Source: Lama guanicoe (Eukaryota). Taken from it: a stretch of 64,000 nucleotides of DNA. The translations under genes were made by a program, and so were the position numbers. The stretch lies in NCBI GenBank assembly GCA_013239625.1, contig MU055937.1, positions 1,054,001 to 1,118,000 on the forward strand, given 5' to 3'. The notes under the pieces are model-generated. The model was not told the origin of the DNA. It saw only the letters and a list, made by a program, of their open reading frames with translations, and did not search any database. Below, one piece after another: positions 63,128 through 64,000 of the stretch (its first letter is position 1; each line of letters starts with the position of its first letter).

Positions 63128-64000
63128 TATTTTACCAAAAAGATTAGAAAAAAAAGCCCCAAGGTCCAGGCCATGTTCCCAAAGATTCTCACCTGAAAAA
63201 CAGACATAAAACAAAAGACATGGTTTTTGGTGTTTGGTTCTGAGAGTTAAAACATATAGTAGGTCAAACGTCCATTGTTGCAACCACAGGACAAAAATCA
63301 GGCTTGATAATGATGTTCATGAACCTGTGACATGGCAGTGCCCCAGAGGAACCCGATTAAGTGTTGCAGTTAAGAGCCAGCTGTCCCACGGGTATAGATT
63401 CTGACCTGTGTGCACACTGAGGCGGTTTGGAAACACTTCTAATCCTGGGTGAGCTTGGCAACTCAGCCATTCCTAGTGACAAAATCAACAACCCCAAGGA
63501 GAGTACTAATGCCAGACTTAACTACCTTCGTCACAACCTGGCCACAAAGGAATCGGCATTTATATTTTGGATACTTGTATTTCAAATAACAATTTTAGCT
63601 TAGGAAAACAAATCTATGATCATGGGGAAAGCTTTTTTTTTTTATATAACTTCTCTAGCAATGGTAGAATCCCTTATCTCAACAGTACACATTTAGACTT
63701 GCCTAGAATATTCTGTATTTTTCTAAGATACGCTCTTGTTTAGTTGTTACCTTAACTGCTGGGATGACAAGGCGGGGTGATGTTTAGAACCCTTATAATG
63801 ATGGGCGACTGGAGTGTAGAAATGGGAGTGACTTTCCTCTGTTGAAGAGTGTTCTGAAATGCAGGGCTGACATTCTGATTCTCAAGTAAGGACTACATAC
63901 TCCTCTTATAAGCAGGGATATAACTTTCCAACTACTAGTAGGTGAAGCTGAAAGCCCATAGTCTTTCTACAACACTTCAAAGGAGAATCTGGATCAACCA

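Noticed and set aside
14220-64000. Additional protein-coding genes, CRISPR arrays or prokaryote-type systems
   Set aside because: CpG-depleted, repeat-rich mammalian intergenic DNA. The short ORFs are low-complexity or repeat-derived, and no repeat-spacer array was seen. Unannotated lncRNA exons cannot be excluded from sequence alone.

Overview
Mammalian genomic DNA, probably a camelid (alpaca/camel), judged from a Vic-1-like tRNA-derived SINE. The first ~14.2 kb hold the type 2 iodothyronine deiodinase gene DIO2 on the + strand. It comprises part of the 5'UTR with uORFs, coding exon 1 (ATG hidden in the N gap at 169-332, donor at 463/464), an ~8.1 kb intron and coding exon 2 (8556-9143). Exon 2 has two in-frame UGA codons: catalytic Sec133 at 8730-8732 and a second UGA at 9129-9131 followed by NLD*. 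A ~5 kb 3'UTR carries a form-2 SECIS element (~13901-13970) and tandem AATAAA signals (14191-14204). The intron hides an open, in-frame homologue of the human DIO2 isoform-b cassette exon with its own TGA (5405-5515) but altered splice sites. The protein shows an unusual Asp in place of the family-conserved Asn of the D-x-M-x-N motif. The remaining ~50 kb are intergenic with no credible protein-coding gene: old L1/HAL1, L2, MIR, MaLR LTRs, hAT MITEs, microsatellites, several perfect inverted repeats and a triple AGGTCA array. Repeat-family names and human/mouse comparisons are from recall, not from a database search.
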